In this document: positions 32,069 through 49,399 of the stretch, piece after piece | Position numbering within the stretch: position 1 is the first letter of the stretch | Layout: each line of letters begins with the position of its first letter | Source of the DNA: the human T2T-CHM13v2.0 reference genome, Homo sapiens | Assembly (NCBI RefSeq): GCF_009914755.1 | Contig: NC_060928.1 | Strand: one strand, 5' to 3' | DNA length: 64,000 nt | Notes under the pieces: generated by a model | The model's database searches: none | What the model saw: only the letters and a program-made list of their open reading frames with translations | What the model was told of the DNA's origin: nothing | Program-made: the position numbers and the translations under genes

Positions 32069-32651
32069 CTAAGCACTCCTGAGGGCCCACAAAGCTCGGT
32101 GCCAGCCTCATTCTCTGTGTTAATTCATGTATTTAAATCCTCATAGTCCTCCATGAGGGAGGGAGTTTAATTTTCTTCTTTTTATATTTGAGGAAACTGA
32201 GATTCAGAAAGCAGGAGCCTATGTCTAGGGGAGAGCACCAGTGGAAAGAGAGGTGACAATGAGGATCCGAGAGAGGGGACGTCCTAGCTGGATGGAGGAG
32301 TTAGGGAGTGAGGAGGGAAAGGCCTTCTCAGAAATCCCAGGGGATGCACGCATCGGCCTTTACAGTTTATAAAGTACACCCTGTACTTCCGCTCTTAAAA
32401 TGCGCTTGTTAGGAATTATGATTGCTATTTTATGGGAAAGGAAACAGGCTCAGAGAAGTTAAGCAGCTTGCTCAAGATAACAAGGGGGAGAGTTGGGATT
32501 TGAACACAGCGCTCTGTGCCTGACTCAGGTTCTATCTCTGCCACACCCAGCCAAAAAAGGGGGCTAGTTTCAGTGTGTATTGGAAATCTGTCTGTTGGAC
32601 CCCTTGGCTCCCTTAAGCCAACAGACTTTGTGTTAGCAGCTAAACCACTTA

Positions 32652-32876
<225 letters not shown>

Positions 32877-33072
32877 GAGGTTATTGACCCCTACCTTTTG
32901 GCCGAATCTTAGTCTTGAACGGCTTGCCTGAACTGTCCGGAATTTCGCAGCCCAACCTGACACTGATTTCAACCAATTCTGTTCATTCCTTGTGCCCCAC
33001 CGTCCATCCTGCTTCCTTAGCTGCCTTTTTGACTGAGTCTGAGCTGCCTTTGACCTCCTGGGGTAGTGCTTC

Positions 33073-33986
<914 letters not shown>

Positions 33987-34729
33987 CTTCTACCCCGCCT
34001 GGCCTGGGCCCTGAGCTCCATCCCACAGCCCAAGGCCTGGCAGGTGGCTTCCCACCGCCTCTTCCCTATCCAGTCCCAGCCAGCTGGGGATCTGGTTTTC
34101 CCATCCTCCACTCTCCCTGCCTTTCCCAGCCACATTCCACGCCCACCAAGGCCCCTCCAGGAAAAGGCCCCAGAGAGCTCTCTGTCCTCATGTCAGACGT
34201 TTCCCTAATTCCCAGTGGCTTGATCTTTTGCTGTTTCGGTTTATCACAAATGATTTTCCAAGCCAGTGGATTTAATTATATTATACACTTAGGGAAATTG
34301 GTGCCATTTCTTAATTACTTTTATAGTTGAAAAGCAATTACTTAGCAATCACATGAAGGGCTTCTCATGTTTCCTGGAGTTCTGTAGAGAACCAGACCTG
34401 GTTTGAAGAAGTTGGGTTTGCCCTGGAGGTAACCCAAGGAACTGGGGCAATTGGGTTTGGGGAGACAGGTAAGCTTTGTGGTATAGAATTGGATAAATAA
34501 AGATTTTTTAAAAAATCATGATCCACCCAGTTGCTTAAGCCAATGCCTGACAGACACCCTTAACATCTCCATCTTCCTCAATTCTGTGTATGTCAACACT
34601 GGTGAAGTGCTTGGATTCCACCTCCTGGTACCTCTCAAACCTGCCCATGACTCTGCTTCCTCCTGTCCAGTCCAGGCCACCACTGCCATGCATCTCTTAA
34701 GTGATCCTCCCCTGTCCACCCTGGCCCCC

Positions 34730-35512
34730 TGAGGGGGGTGGAATGGTGGTCTCCAAAAGATCCATTTACCCCCAACCTAGGAACGTAACCTTATGTGGAA
34801 AAAGGGCCTTTGCAGATGTAATTGAGTTAAGGATCTTGAGACAAGAACTTCCTGGATGACCTAGGTAGGCCCTCAATCCAATGAGAAGTGTCCTTCTCAG
34901 AGGACAAGAGGAGAAGACCCACAGAGGGGAAGCCATGAGAAGATGGATGCTGAGGTGAGTGATGTGCATACAGGCCAAGGAGCACCAGGAATGGCTGGGA
35001 ACCACCAGAAGCCAGGAGAGAGGATGGGCAAATCCTCCCTCAGAGCCCCCTGGAGGAGTGAGCCTGCCCATCACTTTGATTTTATTTAATTTATTTAATT
35101 AATTAATTTATTTATTTTGAGATGGAGTCTCACTCTGTCGCCCAGGCTGGAGTGCAGGGGTGTGATCTCAGCTCAATGCAACCTCCGCCTTCCAGGTTCA
35201 AGTGATACTTGTGCCTCAGCCTCCTGAGTATTTGGAATTACAGGTGCTCGCCACCATGCCCAGCTAATTTTTGTATTTTTTGGTAGAGATGGGATTTCAT
35301 CATGTTGGCAAGGCTGGTCTTGAACTCCTGACCTCAAGTGATCTGCCTGCCTCAGCCTCCCAAAGTGCTGGGATTACAGGCCTGAGCCACTGTGCCCAGC
35401 CAATCACCTTGATTTTAAACTGCTGGACTCTGGAACAGTGAGTAGTAAATTTCAGTTGTTTGAAGCCATGCAGATTGTGGTTATTTGTTATAGCAGCTCC
35501 GGGAAACTCACA
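34730..35512 (+). mobile_element. MLT1C LTR with AluS (-, 35082-35401) insertion
   Basis: ggcctttgcagatgtaattgagttaaggatcttgag; Alu TSD atcactttgatttta/atcaccttgatttta. Confidence 0.85.
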
Positions 35513-35922
35513 CAGCCCCATTTAGTCCATTTTTCAACACGTCTGTCCCGTGCTAAAGCCCAGTGGCTCTCACCTCCTTTAGAATAAAGAATTGCATTTT
35601 CCTGATGACTAATATAGAGTACCTTCATATGCCTATTGCTATTTGAATATTCTCTTTTTTTTTTGTATCTGCTCAAGTCTTTTGCCCATTTAAAAAATAG
35701 GATAGTTTCTTTTTCTTATTGGTTTATAGGCATTCTTTATATATTCTGGATACTACTCTTTTGTCAGGTGTATATATTGTGAATATATTCTCCTGTTCTG
35801 TGGGCTGCTGCTACACTCTTTTAATGGTGTTTTTGGATATAGTACTTAATTTTAATATATCCCACTTTATTAGTTTTTAATCTTGTAGTTAGCACCCTTT
35901 TTGTCCTATTTAAGAAATCTAA

Positions 35923-36240
<318 letters not shown>

Positions 36241-36303
36241 TTACCCTGAGATCATGAAGATGTTATTCTATGTTTCTTCTAAAACATTATTGTTTACCTT
36301 TCA

Positions 36304-36606
36304 TTTTATTTAATTAATTAATTAATTTTTGAGACAGTTTTCCTCTTGTTGCCCAGGCTGCAGTGCAATGGCGCTCGGCTCACCGCAACCTCCACCTCCC
36401 AGGTTCAAGAGATTCTCCTGCCTCAGCCTACCGAGTAGCTGAGATTACAGGCATGCACCATCATGCCTGGCTAATTTTGTATTTTTAGTAGAGACAGGGT
36501 TTCTCCATATTGTTCAGGCTGGTCTCGAACTCCTGACCTCAGGTGATCTGCCCGCCTCGGCCTCCCGAAGTGCTGGGATTATAGGCGTGAGCCACCACGC
36601 CCAGCC
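36304..36606 (-). mobile_element. AluSp
   Basis: ctcaccgcaac and tttctccat diagnostics; TSD tacctttcattt. Confidence 0.9.
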
Positions 36607-37357
36607 TACCTTTCATTTCATATTTGGATCTATAAGCTATCTGGAATTGATTTTTGTGAATGGTGTGAGATGGAATTCAGCTTTGTTTTTTCCCCACATA
36701 GACATTCAATTGACTGATCACTGCAATGCTATCTTTGACATAAGCAGATGACCGTGTATGTTTGGGTATGGTAACTGGTTTTTAAGTTTATCCTGCCCCT
36801 GGAATCTCAGCTCCAAGGCAACAGTAAGCTTTTATTGACAGGAGGAGGCCAATCCATAGCCTTGGGCTGCAGGACTGATGAGGAGGAGGCAAGAAGGGTG
36901 GGGCTCTGGGTCCCTGGTTCTTGTCAAGCAGATCAACTCACAAGGTGTCTGGGTTCCTCTTTGGCTTAACTCGTGAGCCTGCTTGGGGAGGTGGTTGGTC
37001 CCAGGTTTGCAATGGCCTGTCACTTCTATAATCAGAAAAGCAGTTCTCAACCTATGGATAATTAGGAGTTGATAGTAACCACATTTTGATCTGTAAGTGC
37101 TTACATTTTAGGCCCTTTCCAGGCCCTCTAGGGTGGTGGTAGGAGCAATAATTCTTTTATCAGGAGTATAAGGAGGCATGAAGGAAAGCTACGAACAGGG
37201 GTGCCATTTGACCTAGGCATTGAAGGATGAATAGGAGTTTTAATATTTAAAAAAAAAAGAAAGAAAGAACCAACAGGAAGGGCACTGCAGGCAGCACAGG
37301 GAATAAGCATGGGCAAAGGCAGGGAGACATGCATGAGCTTAGTAGGGGAGCAGGGTA

Positions 37358-37651
<294 letters not shown>

Positions 37652-37771
37652 GGGGGAGCAGGCTGAACCTTTTAGGGTAGATATAATAGCAGAGGATGTA
37701 GGGAAGGGAAGGAAAAATGCAAAGCAATGTGAGTTTTAATAAAAACCACATGGTTATCTGACCTTAGAAGA

Positions 37772-38558
37772 CGCTGTGGTCTGAATGTGTTCCCCAGATT
37801 CATATGTTGAAACTTAATGGCCAATGTAATGGTATTAAGAGGTGGGGCCTTTAGGAGATGATTAGGTCTTGAGGGTTCCACTCTCATGCATGGGACTAAT
37901 GCCTTATGTTTTAGTCCGTTCTCCCACTGCTATAAGGAAATACCTGAGACTGGATAATTTACAAAAAAGGTTGGACTGGCTCATGGTTCCACAGGCTGTA
38001 CAGGAAGCATGATGGCTTCCGAGGAGGCCTCAGGAAAGTTTCAAACATGGTGGAAGGTGAAGGGGAAGCAGGGACATTACATGGCTGGAGCAGGAGGAGG
38101 AGAGAGACAGGGAAGGTGCCACACACTGTTAAACAACCAGATCTGAGAACTCTGTCATGAGACAGCTCTACGGGGATGGTGTTAAACTATTAGAAACTGC
38201 TCACATGATCCAATCACTTCCCAGCAGGCCCCACCTTCAGCATTGAGGGTTACAATTCGGCATTAGATTTGGGTGGGGACACAGATCCAAACCACATCAC
38301 CTTATGAAAGAGGCTTCATTACATACGTCCCTTTGCCCTTCTCTTCCTCCCACCATGTGAGGACACAGCATTTATCCCCTCCAGAGGATGCAGCAAGAAG
38401 GCACCCTCTTGGAAACAGAGCAGCCCTCACCAGAACTGAACTTGCTAGTGCCTTGATTTTGGGTTCCCAGCCTCCAGAGCTTTGAAAAATACAATTTTGC
38501 TCTTTATAAATTCACCACTCTTAGGTATTTTGTGATAGCATCAGAAATGACTAACGCA
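37772..38558 (+). mobile_element. MLT1A LTR with nested MSTA (-, 37907-38299)
   Basis: MLT1A TSD gaaga/gaagg; MSTA perfect TSD cctta, end gggacacagatccaaaccacatca. Confidence 0.88.
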
Positions 38559-38787
38559 GAAGGCTTAGAATGGATGCAACCCTCCCACTTGCCGTTCCTC
38601 CTGGCCATGGAAGCCATGTGCTGTCAGTAACAACAATAACTACAATCTGCACATTGACAGGGGGCCAGGCCTATCATTTCATGCATTTGTGTTTTTAAAT
38701 CTCCATTTCGCAGAATTGTTCAATGACTATTAAGCTTGGGTGTTTGGCAAACTTGGGTCTCACTTCTATTCATGGGCTGTGTGGGGC

Positions 38788-38895
38788 ACTTACTGAGCCT
38801 CAGTTTCTCCATCTGTGAAGTGGGGCCACAGTGTTACCTACTTACTGAGCCTCAGTTTCTCCATCTGTGAAGTGGGGTCACAGTGTTACCTACTT
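38788..38895. repeat. 52-bp tandem duplication within a MIR
   Basis: Units 38788-38839 and 38840-38891 differ at one base. Confidence 0.95.
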
Positions 38896-39679
38896 CATGG
38901 ATGTCGTGAAGATTACACTGAGCGGGATCATTTAATCCTCATACGCAGGAGACCCTGATCCTAACTTATCCAAAAACTTTACAAGGAAACTGCTGAGAGC
39001 CCAACCACTTCAGGGCCTTTGCTTGGCCTCTCTAAGATTCTTCTGACCTTTCCCACACAGTCACAATGTGTCAGCCTAGCTCTGAGCATCATCTCCTCAC
39101 CCAACAATAGCACAGTAGGAAGGGAGTGACAGAGAACGCTCCTCTCTCCTTCCTCAGTGACGAAGAACTGTCCCAGAAGCTTCCCTGCCCTGAAAGACAT
39201 CACTGATGTCTCACTTAGCAGACCTAGGACAAGAGGCCACTCCTAGTTGTCAGGGAGGCTGGGAGTACGAGCATCTAGCTGGCGGTCTCGGCTTCTCTTG
39301 TGGTGCTGGTCTCCAATGAGAAAGCAGGGAGGGGATGGGTTGTGGGTGTATTTCAGTGTTGGCTGTTCTGAGGTAGGAACTGAGCAGTTGAGAAAGGTCT
39401 GTGCATGTGTCTCAGAGGTGGAGATGACAGTGGGGGTGAGAGAGACAGAGCAGAGAACTGCTGCTGTCAGACAGATATGGGGGCTTAGACACAACAATGC
39501 CTCTCCAGTCATTTTATAGAGGAGGACCCTGGGGCCCGGACAAGAAAAGGATGCCCACTCAGCGCATGGTAGCCAGGGGATTCAGGGGACAGGCCTGCCT
39601 GGAGTGGAGCTTGCAGGATGGGAACCAGTGGAAGATGAAGTTAGGGTGCTAGAACAGCCTCGGAGGAGATGCACAGAGT

Positions 39680-40050
39680 TGGGGCAGACTGCTGCCCACT
39701 CTACATCTCTTTTCCTTAGTAACAAAACCTAATGAATTCAGGGCTATAATATGCCCAACTAAAAGACTGTACTTCCTGGTTCTCTTGAAGGCAGGTGTGG
39801 TCATATGGCTAAGTTCTGGCCAATGAATGAAAGCAGAAGTGTCAGAGGGACTTCTAGGAAGATTCCTTAAGGGAGCTGACTCATCTCGATCGAGCATTCC
39901 TTCCTTCCTCCTTCCAGGTGTCTGGAATGCAGATGTGATGTCTGGAACTCTAGCAGCTCTCTTGTATCCTGAGAGGACTTTGGGTCTGGAAGCCACATGC
40001 TAAGCTGGGGGGACAGCATGATGGAAAGAGTCTGGGTCCTGAACTTTCAC
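39680..40050 (+). mobile_element. MLT1J-like LTR
   Basis: aagttctggccaatgaatgaaagcagaagtgtc...ggaatgcagatgtgatgtctggaac. Confidence 0.7.
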
Positions 40051-40194
40051 ATGTGTCTTCCATGTGGTCTTCATGAGATAGTGGGTATCGTCGCCTGCAC
40101 TTTACAGATGAAGAAACTGAAGGAGAGAGAGCCAAGATTCCTACCCCCAGAAAGGCCGAGATTCAAACCCATTCTGTCTTATGTCAGAACTCCT

Positions 40195-41325
<1,131 letters not shown>

Positions 41326-42289
41326 TCCACAGTGGCCGAAAGATAACTGGCAGCAGTAGATCACTGGAACCTCCACTTGGCCATGCCTGACCTAAAAGGA
41401 GGTTAAGAAAACAAATGTTTAGTTTTTCCAGCCCCAAGATACATGGAGGTAAAGGAGAGGCTCCTCCCACCAGGCGCCCCTGGTTCTCTTTACTTTTGTG
41501 ATTGAACCAAATAAAAACATCCACCACGCATTGGGCCCTATGTGTCAGGCACACGCAGCTTCTTTCACAAGGCAGGCGGTATTTATGGCTCCCATTTTGC
41601 ATATGGTAATTACCCAGATTGTCCAGCTAGGAAGAGTTTGAGCCTGGCTTTGGACCCATGAAGGTCAACGCCTTACCCACCTGCTTTGTGGCTATAGCTA
41701 TAGTGGAGAGTGAGTAGGTTAACAGCTTGGAGAACAGCGTTTTTGGTAGAAGGAACAGCCAGCCAGAGCAAGGATACACAGAATGATGACACAGCGAGGC
41801 TGGGGAGGGAACAGGGGTTGTGCAGGATGTGAGTCAGAGACCAGGCTGTTTTGCGGCCTCAAAATCTTGGACTTGAACCTGGAGGCAGCAGGGAGCCACT
41901 TCAGGGTCCGTTTCTTTAATTAAAATATTTGAATCAACAATAGAGTCGCATGGCTCACAAACCAACAAATATACAAGGGAAATGGAAAAGTTTCCTTTTG
42001 ACGTCCCCACTCCCATTTTCATTAGTCTCCCAGGTTAGTTTTCTGTGTCGCCTTTCAGAGTTTAAGTGAAACAATGGTCAGTGAAGATTCTTATTTTTCC
42101 TGTTAACACAAAATATTATGGTGTCATTCTGCACCTGGCTTTTTTTGCTTAGTGATGAAAAATTTACCCTTTAAAGTGTATATAATTCAGTGGTTTTTCA
42201 GTATGTTTACAGAGTTGTGTAACTGTGACCACTATCTCATTCTAAAATACTCTCATCACCCCAGAAAGAATCCTGACTTTCTATTTCCT

Positions 42290-42895
<606 letters not shown>

Positions 42896-42982
42896 CTTTC
42901 TATTTCCTATATTGCCCTGGCAACCATGAATCTCTTTTCTAATAGTTTATCTTGCAGATCTTTGCATATCAGAGCACAGAAC

Positions 42983-43327
<345 letters not shown>

Positions 43328-43794
43328 TGAGTAATAGGTAGGGTCTCAATGCACAGGTATATTGTGATTTATTCACAATCCCATAAGCATAGCTATTGGG
43401 TTATTTCTAGTTGTTCTCTGTTATACACAGCCCTGCACTGAATAGCACTGGACCACAATGGATAGCAGCATTGTGCCTGCACATAAGCAGCATAGTAGGA
43501 CACGTTCCTAGATATATAATTGCTGGGTCAAGGGCTCCATGGGAATTTGCAATTTTGATATATATTTCCAAATTGCCCACCACAGGGTTGTACCACATGG
43601 ACTCTCAGATATGGAGGATAGATTGGGGCCAGTGTGGCTGTGGTGGGGTGGCAGGGCTGGTGGGGAGGGGACTACTGTGGCATTCCAGCTGAGGGATGAG
43701 GACCCTTGGAAGGTTAAACCCAAGGGACAAGGACATGGTGACTGGTTAGAGACTGTCTGAGGAGAGGATGGTGAGAGTTACTCACGATGATCCC

Positions 43795-44200
43795 TGGAGG
43801 TGGCATTCCCCCACTGTCCCCCACTGTCCATTCTCTCCTGCTTCTACAGTAATTGAGTTCTTAGCTGGCATGTGGGTGCCTAGCTGATGCCTACTTTCCC
43901 AGACCCTCTTGCAGCCAGGTGTGGCCATGGGATCAGGTTCCAGCCAATGAGCTGTGAACCAAAGTGATATGTGCAACTTGCAGGGCATGTCCTTCCTCTG
44001 CCCCTTTTCTTCTCACTGGCTGGAGTGCAGATGTGAGGGCAGGAGCCAGAGGAACCATATTGGGCCATGAGTGGGAGTTTCCTGTTAGGCAGAGCAAGAA
44101 GACAGAGGAAGCTTGGGTCCCTGGTGAGAGAGAAACAAACCTCTCTCTCGAGTTTAAGCCACGATTATTCTGGGTCTCTCTTAGAGTCACTATACATGAA
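43795..44200 (+). mobile_element. MLT1J-like LTR
   Basis: tttcccagaccctcttgcagccaggtgtggccatg...cagccaatgag. Confidence 0.65.
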
Positions 44201-44999
44201 TGACAGTTTCTGTCCTCCTGCCAGTGTGTGCCTTTCACTAAACCAGAGGCTGCAAAGAGACAGCCAAGCTGTTTTTACTTTCTGGATATTGAATCTCACT
44301 CTGTGCCAGGTGTGGTCTTGGGTGCTGGAGTGTGGTGTGGCCAGGGCAGATGCAGTCACCTTACCTGGGGACCATCACACAAGGGCCTGCAGGAGGGGCT
44401 GAGCTGGAATGGGGCTCAAAGGTCTCCTGAGGAGGTAACATTTAAGCTGAGACCTGCAGGAGGCAGGGCCAACGCAGGAAGGGAATGTAGTGTCAGGCAG
44501 AGGAAACAAGAGAATGGCAAATTTGCGGCTTGGCAAGAAGTTGTGGATGGAAGTGGAGAGTGCAGTGACACGATCAAGGCTACTGTGTCGCTGGCCACTT
44601 TGTCCAGGACAAAGTTTAGGATAAAAACTCTCACACCAAGAGAACACAGCCTGCCCTAACTTCCCCTTCTGGGTGGGTTGTGGTCATTGGGAAATATTTA
44701 GTGATTGGCCGTTTAACTTTTAGAAAGATTCTTCCTAGATTTGGGACCCCGTGAGAAATTAAACACCAACCTGCATCTGGAACTTTTCTTCCCAGCGTCA
44801 ATGTTACGAAGTTATCCAGTGGGTCCCTCTTGGTCATCCCAAGCTAACCACCCTCAGGGAATTAATCATATCGCTGTTCCTGCCAACAACAATATTCATT
44901 CAGGAGAAAGCAAACAGTCAAAATTGCACACTGATAAGATGGGTTTGGAAGCTCATAAAGAAGAGAATTTTCTACAGCTAGACAAATTACAATTTTCTC

Positions 45000-45243
45000 G
45001 CCGGGCACGGTGGCTCACACCTGTAATCCCAGTACTTTGGGAGGCCGAGACGGGCAGGTCACCTGAGGTCAGGAGTTCGAGAGCAGTCTGACCAACATGG
45101 AGAAACCCTGTCTCTACTGAAAATACAAAATTAGCTGAGGCAGGAGAATCGCTTGAACTGGGGAATTGGGGAGGCGGAGATTGCGCCATTGTACTCCAGC
45201 CTGGGCAACAAGAGCGAAACTCCGTCTCAAAAAAAAAAAAAAA
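45000..45243 (+). mobile_element. AluSp with internal deletions
   Basis: ctgaccaacatggagaaacc; right arm shortened. Confidence 0.88.
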
Positions 45244-45499
45244 GGAAAAATATATATAATTTTCTTAATTTTCTTACATGCACACACCAAAAAGCAAGGG
45301 CTCATGAGGCATGTTTCATGTCCAGCTTAAAGGGAGCCCAACATAGAGAATTTACAGGGATTTTCACCTTTATTTATCTTTGCTCTTTTAGGGGACTGAA
45401 GGCCTTGCTGGTTTCCTTTTCTCCTATTTCTGTTCCTATGTGGGGATATGACCTTTGAGGTGAAGTTGGGATTCATATGGATGCACATTTGGGGAGACT

Positions 45500-46070
45500 G
45501 TTGAGATTTACTCAGTTATTTATGGAGCATTTATTCATTTTAAGCATTTATTCACTCAACACGCATCCCATGCGTCATTGGCTGGCAGAGGGCTGGGGGC
45601 CCAGGGGTGGGTGGTGCATGACCCCTGCCCTCAGGTGGTTGTGAGGGAGTCCTGTGAATGGACAATGACAGTACTGTGTGACAGGTGCTATGCGAGGGGC
45701 TGTGGGGACACAGAGGGAGGCCCTGAAGCAGGCTGGATGGGGCTTGGGGAAGGTCTGTTGGAGCCTTGAAGCAGGGTCCTTTCACTTGGGTCTTGCCAGT
45801 TGAGTGAGAGCTGGCCAGGTGTAGAAGCAGGATGGATTCGACAGGGAGGGAGAACAGACTAGCTGAGGGCTGGGGGCTGGCAGGGCATCCCAGTCCCAGT
45901 CCAGGAACATGCAAAGACCCAGGGTAGCTGAGGCTAAGCGGATGGGGCCTGGGGGCTGGTGATGAAATGCAAGAGGTAGCCGGACACTCGTGAGCAGGGC
46001 TCATATGTCCAGCTGAGCGAGTGCAGGCTTCACTGCTCATACTGAAGCCCTACTATGTGCCAGTAAAGAG
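45500..46070 (-). mobile_element. L2 fragment
   Basis: ttattcactcaac start; GA-rich antisense L2 body. Confidence 0.6.
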
Positions 46071-46115
46071 AGCAGGCAAAGCTGTGGACAACCTGGTCCC
46101 TACTCCCCCTGTTGC

Positions 46116-46621
46116 TGACAGTGTGCAGGACATGTCACCCCAAGACATAGCACCTCGGAAATGGAGAAAACATCAGAAGCAGGAAGGCCACTGTCTGCCT
46201 TTCCCAGGCCTTGCTGTATGACCACTGGCGTGAAAGGATTCTCTGACCCACTCCCCTGAAAGTAGAGACCCTCATGTGACAGGTGTCCTGACCTGTACCC
46301 AGAGGAAAGGAATGAAGACACAGAACTGCCAAGACGCATCTGAACAAACAGGGCCTTGCTGAGCACCTCCAGTTTAGGACCCTGAGATCACACCCCCTCT
46401 CTCCAATCACACGACTGTCCACTCTCCAGCAAACCTAGGCAGAAAAATGCATCGTTTTCCTGTGTCTTTGAGTCTTGATTTCTGAAGGTTCGCATGTCAC
46501 ATAAAACTTAGATGGAATCAATGCATCGCACTTTTCTCTTGTTAATATGTCTTTTCTTATAGGGGTGTCTGCTATGAAGCTTGCCATGGGGGAGGAAAGG
46601 GAATAGTTTTCTCCCCCTGCA
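46116..46621 (+). mobile_element. MER39/MER34-group ERV1 LTR
   Basis: atctgaacaaacagggccttgctgag; tttctgaaggttcgcatgtcacataaaactta; cttttctcttgttaat. Confidence 0.75.
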
Positions 46622-46680
46622 ATGCTCAGAGTGCACTTGGGAAACCATAAGCAGGTGATTATCATTGAGGCTTTAGGAGG

Positions 46681-47125
46681 TACGTTAGTTTCCTGTGGCT
46701 GCTGTACAAAGTGCCACAAACTGGGTGGCTTAAAACAACAGAAATGATTCCTCCCTAGTTCTGGAAGCTGGAAGTGAAATCCACATGTCCTGAGTCCATG
46801 TTCCCTCTGAAGCTCTTGGGGGTGGGGGATCCTTTCTCTCCTCTTCCAGCCTCCGTGATTGCTTGTAATCCTTGGCCTTCCTTGGCTTATGGCTGCCATC
46901 TCTGCCTCTTTCTTCACATGCCTCCTTCTTTGTCTGTTTCTGTGTCCAAATCTTCCTCTTCTTAACAGGACACCAGTCATGGGATTAGGACCCATCCTAA
47001 TTGATGTGACCTCATTTTACCTTGATTGCATCTGCAAAGGGCCTATTTCCAAGTAAGGTGACATTCACAGGCACTACAGGCTAGGATTTGAACATATCTT
47101 TTGTGGAGACACAATTCAACCTGCA
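46681..47125 (-). mobile_element. MLT1C/B LTR
   Basis: ttagtttcctgtggctgctgtacaaagtgccacaaactgggtggcttaaaacaacagaaat. Confidence 0.85.
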
Positions 47126-49399
47126 GTAAGATGCTAACCAAGCACACCCCTCTCCTCTGAATCTGCCTGAGCTCTAAATCCACTGAAGTCAGGTGGACAG
47201 CACCAAAGTATCCACTGTGCTCTGTCTAGAAGCTGGTGACTGTGTCGGATAAGTGCTGCACCAGTGCACCTCCTCTGGCCACCCCAGAATCAGGCAGGTT
47301 CACCCACGCAGTCCAAGCCACCCTGCAAGGCAGGAGGGATGAGAACGGCCATGAATGTCCCTTTCATGGAACCTGGATCTTGCAGCCAGGACAGGAGGTT
47401 GCCCTATCCTGAAAATTCCAGATGATGAGCATGGGCTGTGCAGTGCGCAATGGGAACAGAGGACAGACACAGACATCCCCAGACATGGTGCTTGGGTCTG
47501 TAGAGGGGTCCACAAAAAGAGACGATTGTAAATGGGACAGATAGGAAGGAGTCAGAAAGAGTGGAAGGTTGCAGCAGTCTTGGCAGAAACCCTGCAGTGA
47601 GAACTCCACTGGATGGGGGAACAGCATTCCCCCTGCCCCCCACAACACATTCCCCTCACATCCTTGCTTCTGGGACGTGTTCCTTTCAAATTGTCAAAAT
47701 GTCAAAAGGAGGCAAGCATGCATGGTCGGTTACGCGTCCAAAATGAAATCGAACAACCCAAGGTCCTCCTGAGAACCAGCTAGGTCCCGACCACTTGCGC
47801 ATTTGAATCATTTCTGATCTGGGTTTCTGGCCTGGGCTCTGCAGGCCCTAGCACCCAAGGAGGCCAACTCACTGAAGTAGCCTACGCTTCAATGTTTGGC
47901 TGTTTGCATTTCTTGACAAAGGAAATTTGTTGGGCTTAAGTTGCCAAGGGTTTGCATCTGGATCCTATGATGTTTGGCTTTGGGAGGGCTGTGCGCAGAA
48001 CTGGCTCTGGGGCCTCCACCGGCCTCCATGTAATTAACTTAAGTGCTTCGAAGATGAAAGCTTATTTGCCTGATCCTGGATTATGGCATGTGCCGTGAAG
48101 GTAGGCAGAGCAGACCTCGCCAGTTATCTCTCGCTATTGAAGTTTCCAAAGAAACCAGTGGTGGACAGTGGAAGTCAGGAAGTTTGGGCATGTTGGAATT
48201 TATTAAATTTGCAGTTAAAAAAAAAAAAAAGTTCTGGTTGCCAGCACAAAGAGGTTAAGTGGAAACAACTTTACATAATGAAGTGGTTAATCATATTTTG
48301 CTTTAGAAACACTAATATCATAAATTGGCCTCATACTTTTGTGCTTCCAGTTTCAACAATAGAGCAAAGACATTAATTTCCTGGTTTGGTATAACTTCTG
48401 GGATTTTCCTTCTGGGCCTCCTCCTCCTTCTCCTCCCTTCTCTCCCCCCTCAGCTGGAGTGAGGAAGATAGCTTTGATCCTAGATGCTCTGGAGGCCTGG
48501 GGGAGGTGAAAGGGGGGATGGTGAGGATTCCTACAGGTGATTTTTAGGCCTGAATTCCATTGTGACAGCAATGATTTATTTTAACTACTAACCCAGGAAA
48601 GCAGGCGCCACCAGGATGAATACCTCCATCAGCTTCTAGCAGACTAATTTTACTGTTTATGAATCACTAATATGTTTAAGAAAAAAAAAGGGAGTACTAT
48701 TTTAGATAACTAAAAGTAAGACTTCGAGAAAAGACCTCATGGTGCTCAAACAGTTCCACATGGGAAAGATGACTTTGGATTACAAGATAGAGAACACATG
48801 GGGTCCAGAGAGCTGCCCCCAACCTCCGCAGCAGGCAGAGGCTACTGGCAGATGAAACACTTTCATCTCTCCCAGGGAGATAAACAGGCCGGTCTGGATG
48901 GGCCTCTTTATTTACAAAAGAAAATTAAATCCGTTTTAACACTTGCACCATTCATAGGAAACACATGTTGGCTGGTAATTGTTTTGAACTCATTTTGAGC
49001 TGGGCTGCACCACGTTGGGCTGCCCTTGCGTTTTCGCACTGGTTTGAGATGGCCGTGGAATTTGCAAGGAATTTTCTTCCCAATTCCAGAGGCTCCACGA
49101 GGGGGCCGTTCCTTGGCCAAGCTGGCAGAAGAGCACTGTTTGGCTTCCTGCCTCCTGGAGGGAAGCACTTTCCCCTTATTGGGAGAGGGCTGCCCCCAGC
49201 GCCCCTTGGCCCCGCATTCTTATCGGGAGATTGGAAAGAATCAAAGGGTCTCACGGCCCTAATTGAGCCTGAAGGGCTTCCTTCCCTCCCACCTGGGAGT
49301 TTTCTCAGAAGAAGAAATAAAAGGTTGGGTGATTTTCCCAAGAGTTTCTGTTGGAGTTTTACAGCTGCAAGGAGGCGTCATTCCGAATTTGGGTGTCAC

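Noticed and set aside
46435-46995. 186-aa ORF
   Set aside because: Spans MLT1C and MER39-like LTRs; no recognisable domain
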